DNA of 64,000 nucleotides, from NCBI GenBank assembly GCA_010015805.1, contig ML978142.1, positions 186,001 to 250,000 of the forward strand, read 5' to 3'. The DNA is from Rhizodiscina lignyota (Eukaryota). Shown in pieces: positions 1 through 12,435 of the stretch. The notes under the pieces are model-generated. The model was not told the DNA's origin and ran no database searches. It was given only the letters and a program-made list of their open reading frames with translations. The translations under genes were made by a program, and so were the position numbers. Each line of letters starts with the position of its first letter. Position 1 is the first letter of the stretch.

Positions 1-320
1 AGTTTGATTACTTATGTCACGCCGAGCGCTACAGCTTGCGAGAATGCTCGCCAGCTTCTCCGAAAAGGGTAATTGGTAAGGGTGCCACCATAATCACCAT
101 ACTAATTAAACAGTCTATAAAGACAGTCGGGAGGATATTTACGGCTGGATGGCGAGTTGTTTCGGTATGTGACATGGAAACTGCTCGCAAAAGCTTCAAC
201 AGCGCCCCTTCTCGCCCCCCACACGCGCGATTGTCATGCTGATCGCTGAAAGCATATCTCCAGTTTCAGTCTATACAAAAGGAACCGTTGCGATTAGGCT
301 TTCTCATTGCGAGCGCCTAA

Positions 321-2146
321 CTACATGGAGTATCGGAACTGGAGGTATGGGTGAGCGGAGGGTCCCGAAGGTTTTGACGAACGCCACTCACATATGGATT
401 CTCAAAATCAGTATAATCCTGCTCGCCCAGTATCTTTCCTTGCACGATTCTCTCCTCTTCAGAAATCCCTTGCTCGCGCATCTGCCTGTCTCTCTTCCGA
501 TTGCGCATAACAAGAACCACGCGCCACGATGCAAGCAGCAGAAACTCGAGGGCGAAGCAAATCGCGCAACCAACCGTCCCGCTCGTATATTTCGGCGCAT
601 CTTGAGCCTTGAAGATCTGAGAGCCGCACATGTTGCCGACACAATAACCCACAAAGGTCCAACTGGACGTAATTGTGCGCTTCGTCCGGCCGGCAATGTT
701 GGACGGGATCAGACTCCACGCGAGGAACAGCGCAATGACGTACGGGACGGTGATGAAGTAGCATCCCCATTTGGTCCACTTGTGTGCTGGATCGTTTGGC
801 AGTAGCGATATGCCCAAGAATCCCGCAAAGGGTGTGATGATGGAGAACATCATGAAGTACAAGCGGAGATCCTTCCAGCGGGAGACGGCAAGGCCGATAA
901 TGACAAAGTAGATGACGGAGAACACATTGCGAGGAATGTCGATGAGGATCGTTTGCAGACTGGCTTGAACAATTGGTCAGCAAGTCGCTGCAGAGAGGCC
1001 AGTCAAGCTAAACAAAAGTCCAAGCACTTACTGAAACCGAACGTAGTATACAGAATATTGCCAAAGGTCGTAAGCCCGCCGTTGGGTACGGAGCTGAGGA
1101 AGGCATTGAGGCCTGCAAACCAAAAGCACGGATCGACGAGGCACTCCCGAATTTGGTTCCATTTCCAAGTTTTGATTGCGGTTCGGTCATGTCCTGTGTT
1201 GTTCGACATGATGCGTGCACTGGCCTTTTATACTATCAGGTTATGCTCGGGACGCATGAAAGATCTCAACGACGTACCATTTCTTTCTCCCTGGGACTCA
1301 GCCATCTGACCTCACTTGGTGTTCCGAGCAGAAAGAGGCAAAGAATTCCAACGACCGTCGTGAGCCCACCGAGGAAATACGAAATATACCTCCAGGCCTC
1401 TCCCTTTCCGTTATTCTGCGCGGCAATTCCCAATCCGTACATGACGAGTTGAGCAATGACGCCAAATCCGGCATTTGCACTCTGAAAGACGAGGCCTCTC
1501 GAGGCATGCTCCCTTGTCTTGTACCAAGAACCCACGACGAGAATGAAACCGGGCGAAATGCAACACTCGAAGAAGCCTTGCAGTGCTCGGAGCGTGACCA
1601 ACTGAGTGAAATTTTGACAGAACCCGATGCACAAGACGACGATGCCCCAGCAGATCATGTAGCATGAGAGCATCCTGCCCATCTTGTATCGCTGAAGGAG
1701 GATGTTTGATGGAAACTCGAAGATCATGTACGTGATGTAGAAGACTGTCGTAAGCCACGAGTACTGTTGTCCGACGAGGTGCGTGTCTTCTCGCAGGCCG
1801 AAGATTGCTTGCGTTCCCAGTGATGTTTTGTCTGTCTGCTGGATCCCGTAGCAGAGCCACATCAACGGCAGCAGGTATCTGTCGGCCTTTCTCTTCAACT
1901 TGTGCAGCTCTTCTTTGGTATATCTGTTCTCGGCGGCGACTTTCAAGATGTCAATACAAGTCGCATTGCGAATGTCGGCCGATGGGGCTTACCATAATCG
2001 GCCTCACTGCCCTCAGCCTCAACCTCTCCAATCTTCTCGCTGCTCATATCCTTTAGCTCATGATCAACATGCTTTTCTGCGATCCCCTGGCGTTTAGACT
2101 CTATATCAAGCTCCAAGAGCGGATCTGGGGCATCCACAGCCGACAT
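321..2146 (-). CDS. MFS transporter, allantoate permease (Dal5)/anion:cation symporter family, multi-exon
   Basis: Exon ORFs 1943-2206, 1266-1946, 1003-1209 and 317-925 contain 'KADRYLLPLMWLCYGIQQTDK', 'LRALQGFFEC', 'SNIAGRTKR' and 'DYTDFENPY'. ATG at 2146; last exon FRYSM* ends at 321. Confidence 0.88.
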
Positions 2147-3745
2147 TTCTGCGATCTTTGAGATGGCACAGAGTTCCAAGGAAATGAATAGAAATTCGCA
2201 GGTCAATTACATTCAGCCATTACATTCTATTGAACATCTGCTGTTTAAAGTCGTTTCCAATGCCCAGAGCAAGGATTGCCACAGATAAGCACCCGGTCAT
2301 GATGCCGTAGGCAGTAACAGGAAGGTTGATTGAAGGTCAGTATCAAGACGGATATGCATTATCGGCACTTCCGAGCCAAAATCGAAAAGACCTTTCATGA
2401 TTGAGGTGTTGCACTGCAGGTCGTGGTAGGGGTTGAATCGACGGGCACGCGACTGATTGGTGTGGATATCAGAGATAACTGCCATGAAGGGCCTTATCGA
2501 CGACGAGGATCGCCAGCCTTGCCTGTGCCAAGTGACCGACCCCGTCTTCCATAATTGAATGCGGATGCTGCCTGCCGATCGTAAAAAGACGTTCCAGAGC
2601 GTGAGATGGCATCTTTAAAAAATAGACCTCGGATGGATATGGTACAAGTCAGATAGGGTCCAGTTTCGGAGACGTACAAAGGTGGGAGTGAACTGCCGGC
2701 GTTATTCAAATCTACACTCAAACGCCCAGAGAGCTCAAAGAGAAAGTGTAGCTGAGAAGGCCCAGGAAACTGGAAAACCATGAAGTACCCGTCATACAAG
2801 ACGGTCGCATGGCGAACAATTATCTTCATTTGCGCATAGAGGACTGGGAGGTAGCGTGATTCCGTAGGACTGGAACGTTGGTCCCGAGAATGTGGAAAGC
2901 TCCAATGCGTCTGAGCTGAGGAGAGCAGGAAAAGCTGGGTGCTCGAGAGCCAGGGTGTAGGGTACAGTATCACAGGACAAACCGACAAAGGGTACTTATA
3001 TTCGTGCTCGCTCTCGATGGAAGAACGGGACTCGGAATTGATGATACAGTTCCATTACTTCTGTCCCAGGCGCTGAAGTAGTAATCTCCGCTTGGGTTTG
3101 ATAACAAGATCGATTGGTAAAGGAGTGCTTCTTTGCTGTGAGATGTCGCTGATAATGATTATGGGGAAGTTGTTCAGCAAGAGTTGACGAGCGTACTTGG
3201 TGTATGCAAAGCAAGCTGAAATTTTGAGGATCTAAAAACTGTTCACACTCATAAGGCCGCACACAAGGCCGTGCGTAAACCCAATTAGAAACTTGAAAAT
3301 CGGGCATACTAGTTCTTTAGGTCCAAGGTCTTTAAAAAAGTGAAGAGCTCTTTGAAAAAGGTACCGAAAAATGCCCACTTGTTTTGCATGCACCAATGGC
3401 AGCCGTTTTGGCTGAAGTTGAATATAGAGTAGAGTGTGCGTCCCCGACGCTTCGTGGGGAGAGATTTCATCCGGCATAATGGGACAATCTGTGAGAGTTT
3501 AGGCTAACGGTGGATCCTAGATTTAAGGTACGGCAGAAGCACTGTCGCCCCTTGATGGCGCGACCCTGTGGCTTGCAGAGCATTCGGGGGTTTATTGCCG
3601 CTTTGGGACGCTGAGCTCCGCACGAAAACCCGTTTCCTCGCCATTGATCTTGTATGTACAACCACCTTTCATTCAATCACAGTGCTTGTACTACTTGGAC
3701 CTTGACCTTATTCTCGTAGACTTCTTTGCAATACATACAGACCCT

Positions 3746-5107
3746 TTATGCCTTACTCCCTTCCGCATTCAAGGCCACGACCGGATTCTCTGGCCTCTTC
3801 ACCATCGTCCCATCCGGCCGGAACCCCTCCACTCCACCCAAGGTCGCAGTCACTCTAAATCCCAAGGCTTGCTTCGCCTTGTCGGCCAATATCGCTTCTA
3901 CCTCTGGCGTCACGCTCAAAGTAAAATTCTCCTGTGGCCTTACGAAGTGTCGAACGTAGAACTGCAAGATGACCGGCCGCTCTCCTTCCTTCGCAACATT
4001 CGGCCCCGTCGCATGCCACAACCTGCTCTCGAATACAAGGCAAGTTCCAGCTGGCCCGCTGGCGAACGTCGTGCCGGAGATGTCGGACATATTGTTGGGT
4101 GCTACAAGGCCATTGTGACTCTTGGGCAAGATGCGCGTGCCACCGTTTTCCTCGTTGACATCGCACAGGAACCACATCAAGTTAACGCCGAGAGGGAATT
4201 GCGGGATAGCCGGATTGATCGTTATCTGATCGGTGTGCATTCCCATACCTTTCGAGCCAGGCCGATTGATCTGCGAGTCTGCGATAAGTCAAACCAGCGC
4301 GCTCGCGCGGCTGAAACTCACATTTGCGGTATATGAGGACAAATGGTAGCCATCTCCCAGGCATTCTGGAATGAATTCTTCAACAAGAGGATGCTCTAGC
4401 AGACCCAGAAACTCCTGGCCCTTGTTTGGAAGATTCCATATACGCTGGTTCGGCTTCTTTGGACCTCCGTCGAAAAATGCGACTCCAGCCTTTACCTCAC
4501 CCTCAGCCTGGTCCTTCAGCCTCTTCTGCAGTGCAGAAAGCTGTTCGGGTGGCAGTGCGTCTTTGACGAATCCATATCCGAATTCCTTTAGATCGCGCTT
4601 AACTTGCTGGAGATCCGTAGTCGGCCCCGGAAGTCGCCCGTAACTGCTGAGATCTGGAGGGCTGGCCGGTTGTGTCGGAGCAAGCATGTCAGCAAACTTC
4701 AAGCCCAACTGGACGTCCCCAGTAGAAGCGATGTAATTGAAATGGTGCGCATAGCGGTTGTCCATAAGGCCTTCTACCATATGAAGGACTGTCTGCGGGC
4801 GCATGCGGATTTTGGTATTTGGCTCTTCATTGGAGCTCTCCAATATTTGGCCTCCATTGCAGTCAACCAAGACATGTGGGTGGTCTCCAGTAAGATCTAG
4901 TTCGACGAAGCCTTTGAGGCTCGAGAGCTTAGGAAGCTTTTCTCTTATTGCGGCGACAGCAACGTCGTATTCTTCTCTTGTCGCTGGCCGCTTGTTGTCA
5001 ATGGGATTTCCGAAGCTCGTTTCATGGTCCACATCCTTTATTCCGACCCCGGAGTCCTTTCTCTTGATGCCGCTTCTTTGTGGTTCATCTGCTGATGCTG
5101 GGTCCAT
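3746..5107 (-). CDS. Phytanoyl-CoA dioxygenase (PhyH)-family Fe(II)/2OG dioxygenase with an N-terminal SCP2-like domain
   Basis: 'DLKEFGYGFVKDAL', HxD 'MHTDQ', 'NGGTRILPKSH' and 'LWHATG'. The upstream segment 'PNTKIRMRPQTVLHMVEGLMD...TGDVQLGLKF' resembles SCP2. One intron near 4270-4320. Confidence 0.8.
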
Positions 5108-5685
5108 TTTCGGATCTGTCTTCTTCGATATCCGTGAATTAATTTGCGAGTTATCGAGACCTTCGAGTGCAAAGTGAACGTAGCAGCGGCAATCTATACT
5201 TGAATCAACACCACTGTAACAAATTCGAAGGCTTCTGACCAAATATGATGATCTCCGGTGAAATCAAACACAAAGTGTTTCTTCTACTACGGTTCATGAA
5301 TTTGTATATAAAAACTACCGTGTAATGCCGAAATGCGAGGGGCTGTCGATCACTTCCCCACCTCCACACTTCCCCATGGGGTTCTTCGACTCATGCACGT
5401 GCTGTACATAGTAATTTTGGCGGCTAATGAAACCCGTTTGTGAGGAATTCCATGAACTGAATTCAAGTTGAGTGCAGGAAATAATTGGTGCGGTGCGGCG
5501 TCTCCCCCAATGGATAATCGAAGTACTATACTGGCACCGTCGGACTAACCACTGCTGGGCTTATGCGATATCCTTGCACCAACAGTATCACCAAATGCTT
5601 CCAACACCCTTGCCAACCAGCAAGATCAAGCCGGTCCATTCCAGTCCTTCCTTGGACCGTCAACACCACAGCGTAAGGGGGCAAC

Positions 5686-6405
5686 CTAGATCCCATGTGG
5701 CATACGCCTAACAGTAACAGGTCTACCTCTCCCCAACTGACCGAACACACCCCAAGGACCGGGAGGCTCCGGAGGCATCGTGTCCTGTCTATCTTCCCAT
5801 TGTTCTCTCATGTCATACACTCCTTCTTCCTCTTCCATTCTTCTCAGCTCTGATTCATTCCCCGTCCGCTGCGCACCTACTTCCCGCGCCGTTCGGAGAC
5901 GCTCATGAGCGGCCGCTCTTTGATCAGGGTGTTCGAATAAGTCGCGGCCAGAGCCGACCGGACCTCTCAGCCTATCCCATCCTCGGCGCATTCCTTCTGC
6001 TAGTCCAGGGCCATGTCGGAGAATACCATCGTTTCCCTGACGAGGACCGAAACCGGCACCGGGTACGTATGGGACGCCGCGCTCCTGGGCTGTTAGTATT
6101 CTCTCGAACTCGGCTTGGTACGCCGGATCTGGCAAGCCTTCAGAATTCGGCCATGTCTCTGGATGCATCGCGTCATGAGCCCAGGGTGCACCACCTGCGG
6201 GAATCATTGGTCCACTGAGTGGCACCGCACCTCGCGGGCCACGCGGGCCGCCTGCGTAGCAGATAGTGCCGGTATAGCAGTGACCATCTTTCATGACATG
6301 CTCGCAAGGACACGCACCAAGAGCAGAGATGGGGAAGTATCGACCGTCCACAATCACCATTCTAAAGGGGTCGGGGGTTTTCTTCTTGCGGCTGAAAAGG
6401 CCCAT
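5686..6405 (-). CDS. Hypothetical Gly/Pro-rich protein (239 aa)
   Basis: Uninterrupted ATG-started ORF with protein-like composition (MGLFSRKKK..., a small Cys cluster). No family recognised. Confidence 0.55.
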   Translation of the reverse strand: MGLFSRKKKTPDPFRMVIVDGRYFPISALGACPCEHVMKDGHCYTGTICYAGGPRGPRGAVPLSGPMIPAGGAPWAHDAMHPETWPNSEGLPDPAYQAEFERILTAQERGVPYVPGAGFGPRQGNDGILRHGPGLAEGMRRGWDRLRGPVGSGRDLFEHPDQRAAAHERLRTAREVGAQRTGNESELRRMEEEEGVYDMREQWEDRQDTMPPEPPGPWGVFGQLGRGRPVTVRRMPHGI

Positions 6406-7186
6406 GTTGACGATTGTTTCGGGCGTTTACTCAAGATATCGCAGATGGTGATGATCAGCCCGCAAGCAGATGGCTTATCTGCAGTCGTGATTCGATGTGG
6501 TGAGTTCTCTGCAAGAGATCCTGTGTTGGAATTCGAAAGATGTTCGTAAGTCTCTGATTGGAGATATAATACTAACGCCAGAGGAACCTTGAGAGCGTTG
6601 GAAATCAAGTGGGGCAAGATGAGTGGTTGTGGAAAGGAGAGAAGTAATGAAGCATGAAGAGCAAAGAAATACGAAAGCGCTGGTCATGAGATACGTTAGC
6701 CAGAGGCGTGTGTTTCGTGCAACACTCGACTGTCAAAGGGCAGCGCTAATTCTCTGCCAATACAAGGAGCCTTGAGTAGCTCCGCTTGTCACTGCTGCAT
6801 CGGCTTCCACTGAGCTATCACGGTTGCTTGGCTGTGATGTGGGTCTGCGAACATTTTCGCCATTCCCTGCCGCCTTGTATGATTCGAATGAAGCCACAGT
6901 GCATCGCTCCACGTATGGGGTAGATCCGATTCAAAGTGAGTGCTCGAGCACATGTGATTATTGTGGCCGTCATCCTGCGTATTTCAAGCGGCGGAGATAA
7001 CCCAGCGCGCGGAAAACATGCTCTGATCAAGGGATTCCTCGTTATTCCGCGTCTCGATGCTGCATCTCGATGCTATAGGGCTCGCATGTGGCATTGAAAC
7101 ACTCTTAAGCTTCATTAGACTGCCATACCCCGCTGTCTTGCAGCGCAACGTTATCGTGTGTTACCGAGTCCTGATGCCGTCCTGGC

Positions 7187-7198
7187 TTTTTTTTTTTT
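7187..7198. repeat. poly-T (12 nt)
   Basis: Homopolymer seen directly. Confidence 0.9.
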
Positions 7199-8270
7199 GT
7201 CGAACCGCAGTCGTATCTGTGTAAAGGGGTTGGAAAGGTGCGAGAGCTTATTGTCACAAATCCAGTCATGAGACTCAACTAGTCACATTGAATCGCATCT
7301 CTATTCCAATGCCTGAGTACTACTGAGCGTCCTAAGCGAGGCGACGTAGAAGGCGGCATGCACAGGGCGGGGAGGAAGGCCGGAGCAAAGAGTGAGGGCG
7401 AATAATTTTCTATCGATTGGAAATGTTTGGGCCAGGCACAGAGTCGACGTCGAGATATATTCTATGGTACAGTCCTGCCACAGTTAGCCGATTATGAACA
7501 TGGTGTTTGAGAGCAATGGTGAAGCTTGAGGACTCACCATCATTTGGTTTGACTATTTGGTCACGTATATTCCGGTTGGGTCGTCATATCGCCTTGGTGT
7601 GCTAAATGTCATCACGGACTTATTATCAGGACAGGAAGCATAGAATAGGCCATGCCGAGTGCAACCATGTGTCTGTCAGTGAAGTTGTTGGCAGTTATCT
7701 GAGAAGATAGGGCGACACGAAAAGGAAGATATCTGCCAATACGATATCGAAGCTCTGCGGGTCGGCCCGTCAATTCCGAAATGCGGAGGAGATCTTAGCG
7801 GTTCCGCCATTCTCATGTTTCCTGACCAGCGTCGGCAGCTTCAAGAGCTCCACGACAAGTCAGGTATAGCGAAACGGCCTTCCCAGTACCGTGTACGACG
7901 TCTTTCAGCTCATTGATCCCATCAACATTGATCCCTTGATAGTAGGTATACGGCCTACGGCACCTTACGGACGCATCTCTCTTCCCACCTGCGACCTATA
8001 CCAATCGTTCTATGGACCATACACAGCTACAATCAAGGCTTCAGATATCTGCTGGCAATCTTTGAGTTGAGAGCACATGAGGATCGTCGAGACAGTGTTT
8101 ACCCTCGCATATAGCCTGAATTCGTGCATGCGGAGAGATTGCCGCCGAGTGCGATGCTCCACAAGCCAGCGGAGATGAACACGTTCGCGACATCAAGACA
8201 AAAGAAGCATATTACAAGATGACGGGTGTCTCATTCATACATCGTTCTTTTGCATCGCTCTGCCAGCGAT

Positions 8271-9508
8271 ATGGCCCCCATTAACGTTGGATTGATGGGC
8301 TACGGCTTTTCCACGAAAAGCTTCAATCTCCCTTTCATCGTCCCAAATCCAGATCTCAAAGTCTATGCATTTCTGCAGCGTGCGGAGGCTCCCGCCAACA
8401 AGTCTGAGGTGCCAGCAGGAAAACACTGCGCTGTTGACTATCCTGAAGCGAAACACCACCGAACCGCAGATGACTTCTTTGCCGATCCAAACATCGATCT
8501 CGTAATTGTCTGTACCAAGCACGACACACACGAGGAGTTTGCGGAGAAGGCTCTTTTAGCTGGCAAACATGGTAGTGCCTCATTTCTCCGACACAGTAGT
8601 ATCTGCTGACATTATGTCAAGTCGTCGTTGAGAAGGCCTTCACTCGCACAACTGCTGCTGCGGACCACCTCATCGAGCTTTCCAAAAAGGTCGGAAAGAC
8701 ATTGACAGTTTTCCAAAGTGAGTCTTTCTGAATAGTCTACTTTGAAAGCAGCGTTTGATGATGACTGCTGTGTGCAGATCGGCGATACGACTCTGATTTT
8801 CGGACTCTCCGTCATCTCGTGGAAAAGTCGGCCTTTGGCCCGATCACTGAGTGTGAAATTCACTACGATGTCGATTTCCCGTTCTGGATATCGTCATGGA
8901 AATCTCCAGACTGGTCGCCGGGCCAAGGCATGATATACGGACTCGGAAGCCACTCGATCGATCAAGCTCTGATTCTCTTTGGAAAGCCTACCAATGTAAC
9001 TGGCTTCTATCGGGCTCTTCGTGGAGTAGAGAGTAAAACGGATGACACTTTTACCATCATTCTTCAGTACTCTGGCGACAAAAAGAACCTTTTGGTTACG
9101 ATCAAGACGAGCGTCGTCACGACAATGCAGTATCCCCTCAAATACTTCGTCCGCGGCTACGACGGTTCCTTTGTCAAGTTTGGCGATGACAAGCAAGAGT
9201 CACAAGTCTCTGCGGGCATGACGGTCGCGTCGCCTGGGTTTGGCGCTGAGCCGGAAGCTACCAACGGATTCCTCACGACGAAGGAAAAATTCCACGACTC
9301 CCAAACCTTTGACCCCGCGAGCAAGAAGTGGGTGGGCCATTTTCCAAGCTTGAGAGGGGAGTATACATTGTACTACACAGATTTGGTGAAAGCGCTCCGT
9401 GGAGAAGCTGAACTTGAAGTAAAGCCGGAGCAGTCGAGGGACGGGATTCGAATAATTGAACTGGCCAGAGAAAGCGCAGATAAAGGGTGTACGCTGCCTT
9501 TCAACTGA
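8271..9508 (+). CDS. Gfo/Idh/MocA-family NAD(P)-dependent oxidoreductase
   Basis: 'INVGLMGYGFS', 'ALLAGKH-VVVEKAF', 'FQNRRYDSDF' and 'GMIYGLGSHSIDQALILFG'. Two introns. Confidence 0.88.
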
Positions 9509-10513
9509 GCTACCAAATGCTCTCCATCAAGCTCGGCCGAACGAATGTCTTCAATCTGCACTGGCTCATTTATCCGAGTGATTTTGTTCGTCAGACCGTG
9601 CTACTGCGCAGTGTGCACAGGGGTTGATCGGCCACACAACTACAGCTCCCTTGCGTGAGGCGAACTTTCTAACGTCGCTCATTGTTACGTCTGTTCAATT
9701 TCTCAAATCAATTATTCTGCATTAAAAACGATAGCTTGTCATTTCTGCTGTTTTGGATGTCGCATTGACAAAATGACTCAGAGTACCTACGTTCCGAATG
9801 GTGCTGGCTGTCATGTTTCGACTGCGAAAACTTCTCTAGGCTCGAAATGACGCTCAACTTGACTATGCCGTCTGCAGACAGAGAAATTGAAAGCTGGGGG
9901 AGAACATCTCGGTCCGGATAACTGGAACGGACGAACAGCCTTTATTAGAAGAGGCGATGCTGGACGTTGGATAGGGGCAATCTCCGACGAGGAAATATTC
10001 TGGCAACTCTCTCATGGGGCATTTGATGGTTGGGCGATCTCTTTCAGCCATCATGACTACAATAGCATCGTCGAGAGGCATATCCACACATTGTCTAAGA
10101 ATATTGAATTCGCTTAGAAAACATGAGCGGTTACTTGAACAGAGGCTCGCCTCCTCGAAGACCTCGATGGTTGGTCCCGGTGTTAAGCTTAAGCTTAGCC
10201 CCGAAGCGTAACCACTGTGCGTGTTACTCTATGTCATCGTGGCTTAGCGTCATCCTCCACACTTGATACTGACCCCACCAAAGTCCAACTCCGCTTCTGA
10301 GCCCTACTTTCTGTAATTTAGACTGATCTCAGACCACATCTATCTAGCCTCGGCAAAACGGATTCCCATCTCCCCCACGATCGGCAGTTTAGCGTCACTG
10401 AGGGGCATATGTACATATTGTTCTGGCAAAACGAAGCCAATACTACTCCTTTATTCATCTCCTACCTTGTTGAACTATCATAGTATTCAAAGTCCAATAT
10501 CACGTTCTGCAAC

Positions 10514-12245
10514 ATGGGATACCAAACAAAACTTTTCATCAATAACGAGGTTTGCCTCCGAATTTGCGCAATTTTTGCTTTTGCAACGTTGATTGAAGTA
10601 TAGTACGTCAGCTCCAAATCTGGAGAGACTTTCTCGGTTCAGAACCCCAATGATGAATCATTGGTCGTCGAAGGCGTGCAGGCCGCAGGCCCAGAAGACG
10701 TAGATCTCGCCGTGGACGCTGCGACCAAGGCATATAAAGAATGGAGGAAGACCAGCGGCCAGCAGAGGGCAAAGATCATGCTGAAGATGGCAGACCTCAT
10801 CGAGAGAGACATGGAAAAGCTCGCCAAGTTCGAAACTCTGTGCATGGGCCAGCCCATCAGTCTCGCTCTGAAGTTCTTGTCTTCCGTTCCTCCGCTCTGG
10901 AGGTATTACGCAGGGTTTTGCGACAAGATTCAGGGTGAATCATTCCCGGAAGATGGAGACGGGCGTGTTAAGATGACTCAGTACATGCCTTTCGGCGTCT
11001 GCGCAGGCATAGGTTCGGCTGCGATCTCAAGTATACGGATACATTTGTGCTGACACTCAACATAGCGGCATGGAACGGCACTCAGGTAACTACAGTAAAG
11101 AAAATCGCACCTTGCATTGCCGCTGGCAACACCATAGTCTTCAAAGCGTCAGAGAAATCGCCGCTCGGGGCCATTGCGCTTGGCGATTACATCAAAGAGG
11201 CCGGCTTTCCTCCTGGCGTTATCAACATCGTTTCCGGCGCTGGGAAGACGGGAGCGCTCTTGGCGTCGCATATGAAAATCTACAAAATCAGTTTCACGGG
11301 ATCGACAGCCAGTGGTCGCAAAGTCCAAGACGCGGCGACAAAATCGAATCTGAAAGTCGTGACACTCGAGCGTCAGTTCCCCTTCAACCCCCATTCCGAG
11401 CTATGGCAGCAGTTATTCACGCATATTTGAGACGCATGGCTCATGTGCACTGTGCTAATCCGTGAGCAGTTGGTGGCAAATCTCCTGCCATCGTTTTTAA
11501 TGATGCGAACCTCGACAACGCCGTTGCTATGAATTCTCAGGGGTTCCTCATGAACACAGGTCAGATCTGCGCAGCTTGCAGCCGAACACTTGTCCAAGAG
11601 AAGATTGCGCCTCAATTCCTCAAGGCCTTGAAGGAGAAATTCGAAGGCCTGTCTTCTGTCATGGGCGATACGCTCGATCCGAAAACTGTTCTCGGCCCCC
11701 TCGCAGACAAGCTCCAGTATGAGCGTGTAATGTCATTCCTTGAGTCGGGCAAGTCTTCTGGAGCCGAAGTCCTCACAGGCGGTATTCGAAAAGGGAGCAA
11801 GGGCTGCTTTATCGAGCCCACAATCTTCTTGAACCCGGACACCAAAGCAGACATATACACCAATGAGATCTTCGGGCCGGTTTTGACCATCAAGACCTTC
11901 AAGACGGAAGAGGAAGCGATCGAAATGGCCAACGACACCACATACGGTTTGGCTGCTTCCATATATACCAGCGACGTCACGCGGGCGCATAGAGTTGCAG
12001 CGCTGTTAGAGGCAGGAACTGTGACAATTAATGCGCCGTATGGCGGTCTCCTCAATGCGCCGTTCGGTGGGATGAAACAGAGCGGCTACGGAAGGGAGTC
12101 TGGCAAATACGGTCTTATGGAATGGCTTCAACCAAAGGCAGTGGTTTTCAAGTGAGTTTGCTCTGGAGCTACGCTCGCGTTAGCATACCTTTGATAGAGC
12201 TTTACTGACCAATTGCGTAGTATGAACGTGCCCAGCCAGGACTGA
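10514..12245 (+). CDS. Aldehyde dehydrogenase
   Basis: 'KLFINNE', 'SFTGSTASG', spliced 'LELGGKSP', catalytic 'TGQICAA', 'EIFGPV' and 'PFGGMKQSGYGRE'. About 4 introns. Confidence 0.92.
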
Positions 12246-12435
12246 GCCTGACGGAAGTAGCATTGCCACGTATAAGAATCTGCAGAGGCCATTGCAGTTT
12301 ACAGGTTCTAGTCATTAACTTCTCTCGTAGCAAGGAGATGTTCACATCACCAACTTGTATTAACAAAGAAAAGCTTCCACCTTGTCCATCTTCTCCGCTC
12401 CCGTTTGTCGCCGCTGTGACGCTTTGACACGAATC

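Noticed and set aside
8271..12245. ALDH and Gfo/Idh/MocA genes as ETP cluster members
   Set aside because: These families are not needed for ETP biosynthesis and I saw no CGG-N3-CCG site upstream. Treated as flanking genes pending co-expression data.
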